NCBI GenBank assembly: GCA_965215015.1
Contig: OZ244042.1
Coordinates: 4,800,001-4,864,000, forward strand
DNA: 64,000 nt
DNA from: Candidatus Poribacteria bacterium
Lineage (GTDB): Bacteria; Poribacteria; WGA-4E; PCPOR2b
Direction of reading: 5' to 3'
Shown: positions 40,130 through 50,576 of the stretch, one piece after another
Layout: each line of letters starts with the position of its first letter
How positions within the stretch are numbered: position 1 is the stretch's first letter
Notes under the pieces: model-generated
Seen by the model: only the letters and a program-made list of their open reading frames with translations
What the model was told of the DNA's origin: nothing
Database searches by the model: none
Position numbers and translations under genes: made by a program

Positions 40130-41764
40130 TCAGACAAGAAAGACGCGCAAGATGTCATAAAATGTAATATATAAAAACAGACCCGCCAGCAAAACAATAC
40201 TGACTTGTTGAATAATAATCTGCTTACGGATGCTCAGGGGTCTACCCCGTAATTTCTCAAGGGCGAAGAAAAGAATTTGACCGCCATCTGCAATCGGAAT
40301 AGGCAATAAATTCACAATGGCGAGATTAACACTGATGAAGCCTACGAAAAATAGCAAGCTCCGTAGACCAAACTCCACAACGCGGCGGGTTGTATCTACA
40401 ATCCCAATCGGTCCGGTGAGGTATTTCGTTTTAACTTCGCGAGTGACGAGTCGCTTGAGCACCTTTGCAACCATCTCCAAAATTAACCAGTTCGTTTGAA
40501 TCCCTTCGCCTACAGCCGTAATGACGTTATATTTCGGAATTGGAACGGAAGGCCCGGCAAGCGCGAGTCCGTCCAACAACAGCTGCCAACGTAACCCATG
40601 GAGGTTGAGTCGATCCTCCTCCGCATCAAGGGCGGGGGTTAGCGTTGCGGTCAATTGTTCACCATTGCGGAATAAGCCAATTTCAACGGGTTGACCGGGA
40701 TTTGTTGCGGCTAATTCGTATAGTTTCGGGTATAACTCGAAGTTCTTGATAGATTCTCCGTTAATTAAAATAATTTCATCCCCGCTTTGGATACCTACTT
40801 TTTCTGCTTCGCTCCCCTCTGCAACGACAGCATTAACCACCCAATTGGTAGGGAAACTGACAGTTAAAGATTCGGAACCACGCCGAATCTCCAATGAGAC
40901 CTCGCCGTTTCGACTCTCGTTAACCTCCTTGTAAAATCTTCGATGCGCCGATCCAAAGGGGTGGGAAGGTTCCCAGATAACCGAACCAAATTCAGGCACA
41001 TGATAAATTTTTCTTCCATTGATGCTTTCAATCAGGTCTTTTGCTTGAATACCGGCTTGCGCCGCTGTACTTCCTTCGGTGATGCTTTCAACCATCGCTA
41101 CCTGTCGAGCAGAAACCCGAATCTGACCAATTCCCTTTTTGTCGAGATTTCTCGGTGTTACATAGAGCGTCTTGAATTGACCATTGCGAGAAACGATAAT
41201 TTTCAGTTCTTCGTCGGGATGGGTAAGGATTGTTGTGTTAAAATCCTGCCAATTTTTAATCTGCCGGTCATTGATTGATACAATAGTATCGCCCGGCTCA
41301 ATGCCTCCCTGCTTCGCAGGGCTATCATCAGCGACTAACCCAATTTGCGCCATCTGATCTGACTGTCCAATCAACATCTCCATCAACTGCATCGTACCAC
41401 GATCTAATCCCGCCAGATACACAAACGAAAAAAGTATAATACCCATCAAAAAGTTCATTGCGGGTCCCGCAATCGCCACAAAGATACGACAGCCCACAGG
41501 GGCTGAAGCAAATTCACCTTCTTCCCCTTTCTGTTCCTCGGGGCTTTCGCCCGCCATTTTCACAAACCCACCAAACGGCAAGGCAGACAAACAGTAGTCG
41601 GTGTCTCCCCACCGAAAACCGATGAGTCTCGGGCCGAAACCGATTGAAAATTTCTCCACCCGAATCCCACACCGCTTTGCCGCAAGGAAATGTCCGAGCT
41701 CATGAATAAAAATTAGAAAGCCGAGGGCGAGGATAGCGAGAATAATGGTAGCAGAAAAAATCAT
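40130..41764 (-). CDS. rseP: RIP metalloprotease RseP (three PDZ-like domains)
   Basis: HELGH, FSIGFGP, PFGGFVKMAG, AGPAMN, NLLPIPIADGG. Confidence 0.95.
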   Translation of the reverse strand: MIFSATIILAILALGFLIFIHELGHFLAAKRCGIRVEKFSIGFGPRLIGFRWGDTDYCLSALPFGGFVKMAGESPEEQKGEEGEFASAPVGCRIFVAIAGPAMNFLMGIILFSFVYLAGLDRGTMQLMEMLIGQSDQMAQIGLVADDSPAKQGGIEPGDTIVSINDRQIKNWQDFNTTILTHPDEELKIIVSRNGQFKTLYVTPRNLDKKGIGQIRVSARQVAMVESITEGSTAAQAGIQAKDLIESINGRKIYHVPEFGSVIWEPSHPFGSAHRRFYKEVNESRNGEVSLEIRRGSESLTVSFPTNWVVNAVVAEGSEAEKVGIQSGDEIILINGESIKNFELYPKLYELAATNPGQPVEIGLFRNGEQLTATLTPALDAEEDRLNLHGLRWQLLLDGLALAGPSVPIPKYNVITAVGEGIQTNWLILEMVAKVLKRLVTREVKTKYLTGPIGIVDTTRRVVEFGLRSLLFFVGFISVNLAIVNLLPIPIADGGQILFFALEKLRGRPLSIRKQIIIQQVSIVLLAGLFLYITFYDILRVFLV

Positions 41765-41769
41765 GAATA

Positions 41770-42945
41770 TCACCTTTTTGTTTCGATTAATTGATGCGCG
41801 ACCGATCTTGCCCATCGATCAGCGGCGAGAATATCATCAAGGGTTGGCTGAAATGTTACATCATGTTGGGTCATTACTTCCTCAAGGCAGTTCGGGATGT
41901 CCATAAACCCGATTTGTCGATTTAGGAATGCCTCTACAACCACTTCATCAGCACTACTGAGAACCGTCGGTAAAGTCCCACCAACCTTCGCAGCACTATA
42001 GGCGAACTCGAGGCAGGGAAACTTTTCAGAATCAACAGGCTTCATGTGGAGTGCACCAATTTGGGACAGGTCAAGCCGCGGCACGGAGGTAGGGAAACGG
42101 CACGGATAGGTCAAGGCGTATTGGATTGGCAGACGCATATCCGAAACACCCAATTGAGCAATCAACGAACCATCGACAAATTCAACCATCGAATGAATAA
42201 TACTTTCCGGGTGAATAACAACCTCGATTTGCGATAATTCCACATCAAAAAACCATTTCGACTCGATGACCTCAAACCCTTTGTTCATCATTGTTGCCGA
42301 GTCAATTGTAACTTTTGCCCCCATCTTCCAATTTGGGTGCTTCAAAGCCTGCTGCGGTGTCACCGATCGCAACTGATCCGAAGGGGTTTCACGGAAGGGA
42401 CCGCCAGAACCTGTGAGGATGAGTCGATGAATTTCGGCACGCGGGCAACCATCCCCATTAACGTTGGAGAGGCATTGGAAGATTGCACTGATTTCGCTGT
42501 CCACAGGTAAAAGGCGGATACCATTTTCCTTAGCCTTTTTCATAATCAGCGGACCACACATGACCAATGCCTCTTTGTTGACAAATGCGAGGTCTTTTCC
42601 GGCTTGAATTGCCTCGAGTGTTGGTAAGAGCCCGGCACCGCCGCCGATTGCCTCAAGGACAAGGTCAACCTCCCCCATCGTCGCAATTGCCGAAACCCCG
42701 TCGGGCCCTGAAAGAACTTCAACGGTTTTTACATCCTTTAGACGCTTTCTCAGTTGGTTAGCAGCTGCCCCATCGCTTAACGCCACAAGCCGCGGACGGA
42801 ATTGACGCACCTGCTGTTCAATCCGGTCAACTGATGTGTTGGCAGCAAGCCCGGCGACAGCAAATTCATCGGAATGGGTACCCACAACTGATAGCGCGTT
42901 TCGACCAATAGACCCCGTGGAACCAAGAATGGAGAGATGTTTCAT
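41770..42945 (-). CDS. dxr: 1-deoxy-D-xylulose-5-phosphate reductoisomerase
   Basis: LGSTGSIG, NKE, LPVDSE, HPNWKMG.K.TIDSATMMNKG. Confidence 0.97.
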   Translation of the reverse strand: MKHLSILGSTGSIGRNALSVVGTHSDEFAVAGLAANTSVDRIEQQVRQFRPRLVALSDGAAANQLRKRLKDVKTVEVLSGPDGVSAIATMGEVDLVLEAIGGGAGLLPTLEAIQAGKDLAFVNKEALVMCGPLIMKKAKENGIRLLPVDSEISAIFQCLSNVNGDGCPRAEIHRLILTGSGGPFRETPSDQLRSVTPQQALKHPNWKMGAKVTIDSATMMNKGFEVIESKWFFDVELSQIEVVIHPESIIHSMVEFVDGSLIAQLGVSDMRLPIQYALTYPCRFPTSVPRLDLSQIGALHMKPVDSEKFPCLEFAYSAAKVGGTLPTVLSSADEVVVEAFLNRQIGFMDIPNCLEEVMTQHDVTFQPTLDDILAADRWARSVAHQLIETKR

Positions 42946-42995
42946 AGCGAGTTCATGCCGGCACCGCTGACTTCACAATCAGCGCAATGCCCCTA

Positions 42996-43850
42996 TCACA
43001 TTGGACTTATCAGATACTTAAAATAGTAATAAAGCACCGGTGCCGAAAAAATCAAACTATCGCATCGATCCAATAATCCACCGTGACCCGGAATTAAATG
43101 CCCCGAATCTTTAACATCAGCACTCCGTTTGATAACAGATTCGCTCAAGTCGCTCAGTTGGCCAAAGATTCCTAACAGTGCCGTAAGAATCAGCGCATGT
43201 GGGAAACTCAGTGTGTCTTTCAATAAAAAAGACCAAACACCAAATCCACCGAATGCCCCAAAAACTAACCCTGCAATTGTTCCTTCAATCGTTTTGCCGG
43301 GACTAATCTTCGGACTCAGTTTGTGCGTCCCAAACCACTTACCAAAGAGATACGCTGCCGTATCACCTAGCCAAATAGTCACAGCCAAAAAGAAGATTAA
43401 GCCCCGACCAGGCCCGCTGATGTCGCGCAGCTGAATCAGATGAAACCCAAAAGCCCAACCGATATAGATAACTCCCAGTAGCGTAGTTGCAACAGAAAGG
43501 AAAGCAAGGTTGACCTGATCACGAAGAATCTGGTAGGAAAACGGGAGAAAGAGCGTCAAGGCAAGGACAAGTTCAACAGGGATTTTGAAACCGATTAAAT
43601 CAACTGCCGATAAACAGAACAGAACGCCACATACGACGGTGAAAGTTCGACCGGCTTTTACCCCAATTGACCGGGAAAGCTCCCAAAACTCAATCAGCAT
43701 CAGACCGGTAACCAGAACAATCAATGCTGCATAGGGATACCCTCCCCACCAAACGAGGAAGATAATCACAGGTATTAGGATGATCGCACTAATAGCTCGC
43801 TTCCAAAACATTGGCGACAGGGACGGACGAATTTTTTGGGTGAATACCAC
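42996..43850 (-). CDS. cdsA: phosphatidate cytidylyltransferase
   Basis: DTAAY, ISPGKTIEG, DLSES.IKR...KDSG.LIPGHGGLLDR.DS. Confidence 0.96.
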   Translation of the reverse strand: MVFTQKIRPSLSPMFWKRAISAIILIPVIIFLVWWGGYPYAALIVLVTGLMLIEFWELSRSIGVKAGRTFTVVCGVLFCLSAVDLIGFKIPVELVLALTLFLPFSYQILRDQVNLAFLSVATTLLGVIYIGWAFGFHLIQLRDISGPGRGLIFFLAVTIWLGDTAAYLFGKWFGTHKLSPKISPGKTIEGTIAGLVFGAFGGFGVWSFLLKDTLSFPHALILTALLGIFGQLSDLSESVIKRSADVKDSGHLIPGHGGLLDRCDSLIFSAPVLYYYFKYLISPM

Positions 43851-43864
43851 ACCTCAGTTGCTGA

Positions 43865-44422
43865 TTACAATTCGAGTAACTCTGCTTCCTTGGATCTTAA
43901 CAACTCATTGGCCTGTTCAGTACACTGATCCGTAACATCTTGAACCTGCGCCGCATAAGTATGACGCTCATCCTGAGAAATCTTTTTGGACCGCTCTAAC
44001 TTCTGCAACGAATCATTTGCAGCCCGCCGGATGTTTCTGATAGCGACGCGTCCCTCTTCAGCTAACTTAGCGACGTATCTAGTCAGTTCCTGTCGGCGTT
44101 CCGTTGTTAGTTCAGGGATTTGAATGCGAATCAGGTTTCCATCATTGTTCGGATTCAACCCCAAATCAGATTGGGCAATCGCCTTCTCAACATCCTTCAT
44201 AATCGTCTTATCCCACGGTTGGATGACAATCAGGCGAGGTTCAGGAATCGTAATCGTTGCAACTTGATTAATTGGGCTTTTAGTGCCGTAATAATCGACA
44301 TGAATATTATCCAATAGAGAAGCCGAGGCCCTCCCGGTGCGCACATGTGCAAAATCTCTGGCTGTTGCTTCCAGAGCCTTCTGCATTCGCGTCTGTGCAT
44401 CACGAAGAATTGTTTTAGGCAT
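43865..44422 (-). CDS. frr: ribosome recycling factor
   Basis: RTGRAS, IQPWDK, LGLNP.NDG, PELTTERR, RVAIRNIRR. Confidence 0.97.
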   Translation of the reverse strand: MPKTILRDAQTRMQKALEATARDFAHVRTGRASASLLDNIHVDYYGTKSPINQVATITIPEPRLIVIQPWDKTIMKDVEKAIAQSDLGLNPNNDGNLIRIQIPELTTERRQELTRYVAKLAEEGRVAIRNIRRAANDSLQKLERSKKISQDERHTYAAQVQDVTDQCTEQANELLRSKEAELLEL

Positions 44423-44490
44423 TTTGAAAACTCCTTTAGATTGTCCAATCAATTATAGACAGCCATCTATCCAAATTCCTATCCTACAAT

Positions 44491-45087
44491 TTAGTCCTGT
44501 CCTAACACATAGAGCGAAAACCGTCTCACAACAATGTTTTCCCCAAGTTGAGCGATTGCATCTTGAATCAGTTGCTCAACCGTTTTATCCATCTCCCGAA
44601 TATAAGGTTGGTCAAGTAAACAAGCTTCGGTATAAAATTTAGAGAGTCTGCCATCAACGATTTTGTCAACGATATGCTCCGGTTTTCCTTCGTCAAGTGT
44701 TTGCCGCCTTAAAATCTCTCTTTCTGATTCTAAGACACTTGCGGGCACATCGCCTTGGCTAACGTATTTCGGTTTTGCGGCAGCGACCTGCATTGCAATT
44801 TCTTTAGTCAACTGTTCAAATTGTTCCGTCCGGGCGACGAAATCCGTTTCACAATTGACTTCAACCAACACGCCGATTCGGCTGCCGGGGTGAATATAGG
44901 AAGCAATCAACCCCTCAGAGGTGGTGCGTCCACCTTTGAGTTCCGAAGCCTTTAGCCCCTTTTCGCGCAAGAGTTGAATGGCTGCCTCTAAATCGCCATT
45001 CGATTCAGTAAGGGCTTTCTTACAGTCCATAATCCCGGCACTTGTGCGGGCGCGCAGCTCACTAACCATCTTCGCAGTAATTTGCAT
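44491..45087 (-). CDS. tsf: translation elongation factor Ts (short form, 198 aa)
   Basis: LRARTSAGIMDCKKAL, EVNCETDFVA, LGENIVVRRF. Confidence 0.97.
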   Translation of the reverse strand: MQITAKMVSELRARTSAGIMDCKKALTESNGDLEAAIQLLREKGLKASELKGGRTTSEGLIASYIHPGSRIGVLVEVNCETDFVARTEQFEQLTKEIAMQVAAAKPKYVSQGDVPASVLESEREILRRQTLDEGKPEHIVDKIVDGRLSKFYTEACLLDQPYIREMDKTVEQLIQDAIAQLGENIVVRRFSLYVLGQD

Positions 45088-45938
45088 TAACTGTTATCCT
45101 CCATCTCTACCACAGAATCCTTCTGATTTTCAGCTTGTGAATCCTCTGATTCCTGATTCTTGACATCATCTTCATCGGTTGTGGACTCTGGTTCCGACGC
45201 TTCCGATTCGCTAGCCGCCTCTAATGGGGGTTCCGAATCATCTGCCCCCTCTAGCGCACTCGCCCGCCCTTCGATAACGGCGGTTGCCAGGATGGAACAG
45301 ATAAGCTTAATCGCCCGGATTGCATCATCATTTGCAGGAATCGGATAATCAATCGGGTCCGGATCACAGTTAGTGTCAACGATTGCAACAACTGGAACAC
45401 CGAGCTTATTCGCCTCTTTTACGGCAATGTGCTCCTTGCGAGTATCTGTAATAATAACGGCTTCAGGAAGTGCCCCCATCGTCTTGATGCCCGCAAGATT
45501 ATTATTCAACTTCGTCTTCTCACGTCTGAGACTCATCACTTCCTTTTTCGGGAGCTGCTCAAAGACTCCGTTCGCTTCGTCTTCCTCTATTTTCATCAGG
45601 CGGTTGATGCTACGTTTAATCGTCTCGTAATTAGTCAACATGCCACCCAGCCAACGATGGTTCACATGAAACATTTGGCATCTGGCTGCTTCCTCTGCAA
45701 CCGTTTCTTGGGTCTGCTTTTTGGTTCCGACAAAGAGCACTGCCCCGCCTCGCGCCGCAACATCCTGCACAAATTCATACGCTGTCTGGAGTAGACGCAA
45801 CGTTTTCTGGAGATCTATGATGTAAATCCCATTTCGTTCCGCAAAGATATACGGTGCCATTTTCGGGTTCCAACGCCGCGACTGATGCCCGAAATGAACG
45901 CCTGTCTCCAGGAGCTCTTTCATTGTAACTGTTCTCAA
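45087..45938 (-). CDS. rpsB: 30S ribosomal protein S2
   Basis: [39 protein letters not shown]; acidic tail; TTG start after GGAGG. Confidence 0.98.
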   Translation of the reverse strand: MRTVTMKELLETGVHFGHQSRRWNPKMAPYIFAERNGIYIIDLQKTLRLLQTAYEFVQDVAARGGAVLFVGTKKQTQETVAEEAARCQMFHVNHRWLGGMLTNYETIKRSINRLMKIEEDEANGVFEQLPKKEVMSLRREKTKLNNNLAGIKTMGALPEAVIITDTRKEHIAVKEANKLGVPVVAIVDTNCDPDPIDYPIPANDDAIRAIKLICSILATAVIEGRASALEGADDSEPPLEAASESEASEPESTTDEDDVKNQESEDSQAENQKDSVVEMEDNS

Positions 45939-46076
45939 AAGAACCTCCCTACCTAACCTTTAGGTTTTTGCTTCCACTTCCCTCACATTTACATCAGACT
46001 CTCAAAAGGTGAGAGAACCTTCTGTGTAAATCAAGAAGTGTGATTGATTCAACTAAGCTACCTTCAAAACGTGATA

Positions 46077-46106
46077 AATATAACATATCATCCGAAAGCA
46101 TGTCAA
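46077..46106 (-). promoter_or_regulatory. putative rpsB promoter
   Basis: Minus strand TTGACA-18 nt-TATATT with extended -10 TG. Confidence 0.65.
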
Positions 46107-46581
46107 GACTGTCTTGGTTTTCATTTCCCCAGAAATAATTCACGAGAAACTTTCGGAAAAACATCATCCCAATGAACAATTCCCCATTTTCCCCATATTA
46201 TCAATATAGAGAGGAGAGAATCGGTGTCAGATAGTGGGGAGCATGAACGCTTTGAGCAAGCAAGAGCGAGTAATTTCATAGCCTTCGATCGATTGCAGGA
46301 AACACTTATGAAATCTAAAGTATTACAGAGTTTGTTTTGCAGTGACACCCCCTTGTGTCATTTCCACCGTCAGACCCACGAGTTCCGAACAGGTTGGCCC
46401 GCAACGTTTCGTTGACCCGCATACCAACAACATCAAGCGCAGCCACGCCAGTCTCTAAATCGTTGGAAAATAGCGATTGCCAATGTGTCAGCAAAATGGG
46501 CAAACCACATGGAAACGATAAACGTGAATCAGTGGACAACACTCATCAACTATGAGGGAAATTGGTACTGGCATAGGCAAG

Positions 46582-47577
46582 TTACAGTGGTATTTCTATC
46601 TTCTGCGGACGCCCGGTGTGGATTGACTCCGTAATCTTTTCTATCAATAGAGTGGAAACGATGCCGGGACGTGCCGGAACGTAAGAATCCGTATCGTTAC
46701 GGATGGCTTCCACCAACAACGGCATCCGTTCGATAGGGGCCGGCTTCAGGGTTTCATCCCCACCAAACGTGACCTTGCTGAAATGCTCATATAAGACCGC
46801 GGACTGCTCGCCATCGAAGAATTCAAAAAACCACTTTGAAATGATAGTGTTGCTTCCAGCATCGCTCATCAGAAAGGTCGCCACCGAATCGTTGGCAAAA
46901 CGGATGGTCGCCGCAGCCGTGTCCACCATATCAGGGCTGCCCAACTCCCCATCGGGATGGGTAATCTGCCCCCCGGTTGCGTAAATCTCCACCGGATCTG
47001 CGCCGTGAATCCAACACAATAGATCTACAGCGTGGACACCGACATCATAGAGCGGACCACCCCCCTCTTCGGGGTGCCAACGCCATCGGTTCAGATCCGC
47101 CGGTCCCATCATGCACTGACCATGGCTCACCTTCGGCGAATGCAGCCGCTTCTTAATCTCTCGCGCCGCCCCAGAGAAACGGATAGAGAAGTTAACCATC
47201 AGTTTCCGATCAGCGGACTTCATCGCCTCATAGATGCGCAAGCAATCTGCTGTCGTCATTGCCATCGGTTTCTCTAGATAGAGGTGCTTTCCAGCATTGA
47301 AGGCAGCAACTGCCAAGTCGGCATGGGAACTGTGGGACGTGGCGATTGAGACAATATCCACCAATGGATCGGAGAAAACCCGCTCCGGATCAGTGGTGTA
47401 GTAATCACCGCCGTACTGTTCGTGAAAACCCTTTGCAGAGTCCGATCGGACATCACAGAAGCCGCGCACCTCAACGTCCGGCGTGCCCGAAGCACCCCGC
47501 GCGTGACCATTGCCTGCCCCTCCACACCCGATGAGTGCCCAACCGAGCGGGCGATTCGCGCTACTACTAGTTGCCAT
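46582..47577 (-). CDS. Gfo/Idh/MocA family oxidoreductase
   Basis: IGCGGAG, GKHLYLEKPMA, GGGPLYDVGVH. Confidence 0.9.
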   Translation of the reverse strand: MATSSSANRPLGWALIGCGGAGNGHARGASGTPDVEVRGFCDVRSDSAKGFHEQYGGDYYTTDPERVFSDPLVDIVSIATSHSSHADLAVAAFNAGKHLYLEKPMAMTTADCLRIYEAMKSADRKLMVNFSIRFSGAAREIKKRLHSPKVSHGQCMMGPADLNRWRWHPEEGGGPLYDVGVHAVDLLCWIHGADPVEIYATGGQITHPDGELGSPDMVDTAAATIRFANDSVATFLMSDAGSNTIISKWFFEFFDGEQSAVLYEHFSKVTFGGDETLKPAPIERMPLLVEAIRNDTDSYVPARPGIVSTLLIEKITESIHTGRPQKIEIPL

Positions 47578-47579
47578 TC

Positions 47580-48344
47580 TTATCCCTCCCTTGCGTCTCT
47601 CAACTGCCGACCCGCTTCGGCAGCCAAGAAACTCATATCATTGCTCAAGTCAAAGAACACAAACCCCTGTTCTTTCCGTTTTAGAAGCTCCGCGGCAGAA
47701 CCAACAGGAATGCCGCACGGTTTGCCAACCCGATTACAGGCTGTTAGAAAACGTTGGATTGCCTCCTCGTGTTCGACACTTCCAGCCGCGACACCCATTT
47801 CAATGGATAAATCCCCGGGGCCGAGGAAACCGATGTCAACGCCTTCGATCTCCATGATGGCATCCGCATTCCGAATCCCCTCCCGGTCCTCGATCTGCGG
47901 TATCACCACCATTTCACCATCAATCCACGTCCTGTAATCAGGTCCCCATGTCCCCGCTCGACCGGATCCCGAAGACCGTCTCCCTCGTGGTGGATAGCGG
48001 CAGGCTTGGGCGATTTCTGCCGCTTGCTCCGGGGTGCTGACATGCGGAGGAACAACCCCGAATGCGCCGGCATCTAACACACGCCCGATGGTCTCCGGCG
48101 CGTGGTCCCATACGCGCGCAATCGGCGTCGCTCCCCGCGATTCAATCGCTCGGAACATATTCGCAATTTCTGTGATTCCCACCGGCGAATGTTCCGCATC
48201 AACAGCAAGCCAATCAAACCCAGTGGACGCCATCACCTCTGCCGCCTGCGGCGAACCCAAATTCAGCCACGACCCAATTGATACCCTCCCACCTGACAAT
48301 TTCTCACGAATTCTATTTCGCATTGAGAACAATGGTACCCCCAT
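47580..48344 (-). CDS. HpcH/HpaI aldolase family protein
   Basis: GFDWLAVDAEHSP, LDAGA, RYPPRGRR, PQIED, FLGPGDLS. Confidence 0.92.
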   Translation of the reverse strand: MGVPLFSMRNRIREKLSGGRVSIGSWLNLGSPQAAEVMASTGFDWLAVDAEHSPVGITEIANMFRAIESRGATPIARVWDHAPETIGRVLDAGAFGVVPPHVSTPEQAAEIAQACRYPPRGRRSSGSGRAGTWGPDYRTWIDGEMVVIPQIEDREGIRNADAIMEIEGVDIGFLGPGDLSIEMGVAAGSVEHEEAIQRFLTACNRVGKPCGIPVGSAAELLKRKEQGFVFFDLSNDMSFLAAEAGRQLRDAREG

Positions 48345-48669
48345 CTGCTATTGAGGCACCACACCTCCTTATCGAAAGCTAAATCCAACGAAATCAACAA
48401 ATCACATCATATCAAAGTTTCATCGCTTCTACAATGAAAAAGTGTTCTGATTTACCTTGGCTTTTAATGAGAGAGTATTATTAGCAGGTTTTAAGAACAG
48501 GTGTGAAAAAGTGGTATCAGACGTGGTAAAATAGCTTCTGCTATGCTCCATTTTTCCATCTATCATTTTACGACTGAGATACTATTTCCGTTAAGACGTA
48601 TTGACATTTTGCTATCGCCAATTAGAAATCTGTAATATAAGATCTTAATGTATGTTCCGATCCTCAACG

Positions 48670-49809
48670 TTATTCTTCTATGTTTATATCTATAGCATCC
48701 TCAACGTTAACTAAACATTCTGGAGCGTGCTCAAAATCCAATTCCGGTTTATAAATGCTATCCTGCGGTTTCGCGGAATACATAACTTCATAGATATTCT
48801 CCTGGCATGTGCGAATTCCTGTTAAATCATTCAACAAAATAAACTGCTCTTGACCTGTCATAACGGGACAGCCATAATGTATGTTTGTATATTTCAAAGG
48901 TCGCGATTCTGCGATTCGATTTTGGATAAACTCAAAATGTCTTTGCAATCGGTCGTGCAAATAATCGTTTGAAAATTCGACAATATCGTCCGCAATCTGA
49001 CAAATTGTCTGTTGAAAACTCTCATCGATTTCAACACCGATACTATTGCGTCCCGAGGTCATTGCAGCTGCAATCGTGGTTCCCGTTCCCAAAAACGGAT
49101 CGAGCACCATATCCCCTTTTACGGAGTACATATTGATCAATCGATAAGCCAGATTGAAAGGAAATGCTGCACTCCGTAATCGTGAGGTCCCATTAGAAAG
49201 GCTCTGCTCTGTTCCTTTAACATCCGTCCAAATATCGGAATACCAAATATTTCTTTCCTCCCAAAACAGAGCACTTTCGCGTCTATTCCTTCTTTGGTCC
49301 TCTGTTTTAAATTCTCTCTTGGAGCCTTTCCTCACTATCAAAACGTACTCGTGTTCTAAAGTTACATAAGCACCGGCTGGCAGCATACCTGACCCCATAA
49401 ATTTATTGGGAGCATTAGTCTGTTTTCGCCAGAGAATATCAGGCAGCACTGAAAATCCGATATCTAAGAGAGCGTTCAGAATTCGCGCATGATTGGGATA
49501 CAAACAAAAATCATTTTTTATTTTCCTCGTCGCATCACCGATATTAATGCACGCAAATCGATCTTTTTTCAGAACCCTGAACAGTTCATCCCATACAGAA
49601 TCAAGAATCAGGTGCATCAACTCATAAGCCTGTCTACCATCACCACCGGCTAAGGCCCTCTCAATTTCTATGTTCTGGTTACTAAACATATCATCCCACA
49701 TATCAATCATAGGATAGGGCGGTGAGGTAACTACTAAATCAACACTCTCTGAAGGAACTTCCTTCAACTCTCTCGCGTCTTGAAAAAGAATCTTATGGTT
49801 AGTTTTCAT
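48670..49809 (-). CDS. beta-class N4-cytosine DNA methyltransferase, M.MthZI/M.MjaI-like
   Basis: TSPPY catalytic motif before DPFLGTG SAM motif; INIGDATRK, KFMGSGMLP, FWEERN segments recalled from CTAG-specific m4C enzymes. Confidence 0.85.
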   Translation of the reverse strand: MKTNHKILFQDARELKEVPSESVDLVVTSPPYPMIDMWDDMFSNQNIEIERALAGGDGRQAYELMHLILDSVWDELFRVLKKDRFACINIGDATRKIKNDFCLYPNHARILNALLDIGFSVLPDILWRKQTNAPNKFMGSGMLPAGAYVTLEHEYVLIVRKGSKREFKTEDQRRNRRESALFWEERNIWYSDIWTDVKGTEQSLSNGTSRLRSAAFPFNLAYRLINMYSVKGDMVLDPFLGTGTTIAAAMTSGRNSIGVEIDESFQQTICQIADDIVEFSNDYLHDRLQRHFEFIQNRIAESRPLKYTNIHYGCPVMTGQEQFILLNDLTGIRTCQENIYEVMYSAKPQDSIYKPELDFEHAPECLVNVEDAIDINIEE

Positions 49810-50214
49810 AGATAAACTCGTGTGAGATGCGTGAAAACCATTTGGACAAAGATGGCTAAATTGATAGGATTGTTACCCGGCTTGTCAGGGCGAAGCTTGT
49901 TAGTGTGCCGCTAACAAGCGTTCAGGTTATTACCTGATGAGGTAACAATCCTAGCAGAAGGTTTAAAAATCCTTGTCACACACTGTTGGCAAGGGCAAGC
50001 CGCTCCGCTTGTGCTGTGTCTCCAGTCTCCCAAAAACTAGCAAAGGCAGCGGCTTCGGGGGAGGGATAGGTTTTCTTTCCTCACTGGAGAGGTCCGCCCA
50101 GAGCAATGCCGAGCATCCATCCTCGGCATTCCTTCCCGGATGGAATGATTTGGAGGGTGTACTTGTTGGCTGGCTCTCGATACCACCACCCCCATCTTCG
50201 GCAAAAAGCCAACA

Positions 50215-50493
50215 TCAACTATCGTTGGCTCTTGGTGTTGATTGCTCATGGTGTGTTAAGGGGTTGATATGGTTCTGGTTGAGTTTGCTGAGTTCTAATC
50301 GGACATCCCGGATTTCAGCGTGCATATCCGATAGCCGTTGATTCGTTTCATTTTTCACTTCATCAATGCGTTTGTCGAGTTGTCCAATCAACGCTTTGAT
50401 TTGTCCAAAAAGAAAAATGCCTTGCCCGATTATAACGGCGAGGGTAATGCCCGCTATAATCAGATGCGAGGGGCTCCATTGTGAAAAATCCAT
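50215..50493 (-). CDS. small protein with N-terminal TM helix and coiled coil
   Basis: Hydrophobic helix then LDKRIDEVKNETNQRLSDMHAEIRDVR; AGGAGG RBS. Confidence 0.65.
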   Translation of the reverse strand: MDFSQWSPSHLIIAGITLAVIIGQGIFLFGQIKALIGQLDKRIDEVKNETNQRLSDMHAEIRDVRLELSKLNQNHINPLTHHEQSTPRANDS

Positions 50494-50576
50494 TGTCTGG
50501 CCCTCCTGTCCATGATTTTGTCCCTCTTGTGCTGTGCCTCGAAATCTACTCGTGGCGTGGTGTTAGGGCGAATTGA

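Noticed and set aside
44491-45087. EF-Ts looks truncated at 198 aa
   Set aside because: The short form is a known natural variant and both termini look complete.
46224-46555. Short ORFs between rpsB and the oxidoreductase (for example LLTHWQSLFSND..G)
   Set aside because: May be a gene fragment, but there is no RBS or recognisable family, so it is not supportable.
48420-48660. Possible remnant restriction endonuclease beside the methylase
   Set aside because: Only very short ORFs with no recognisable motif.
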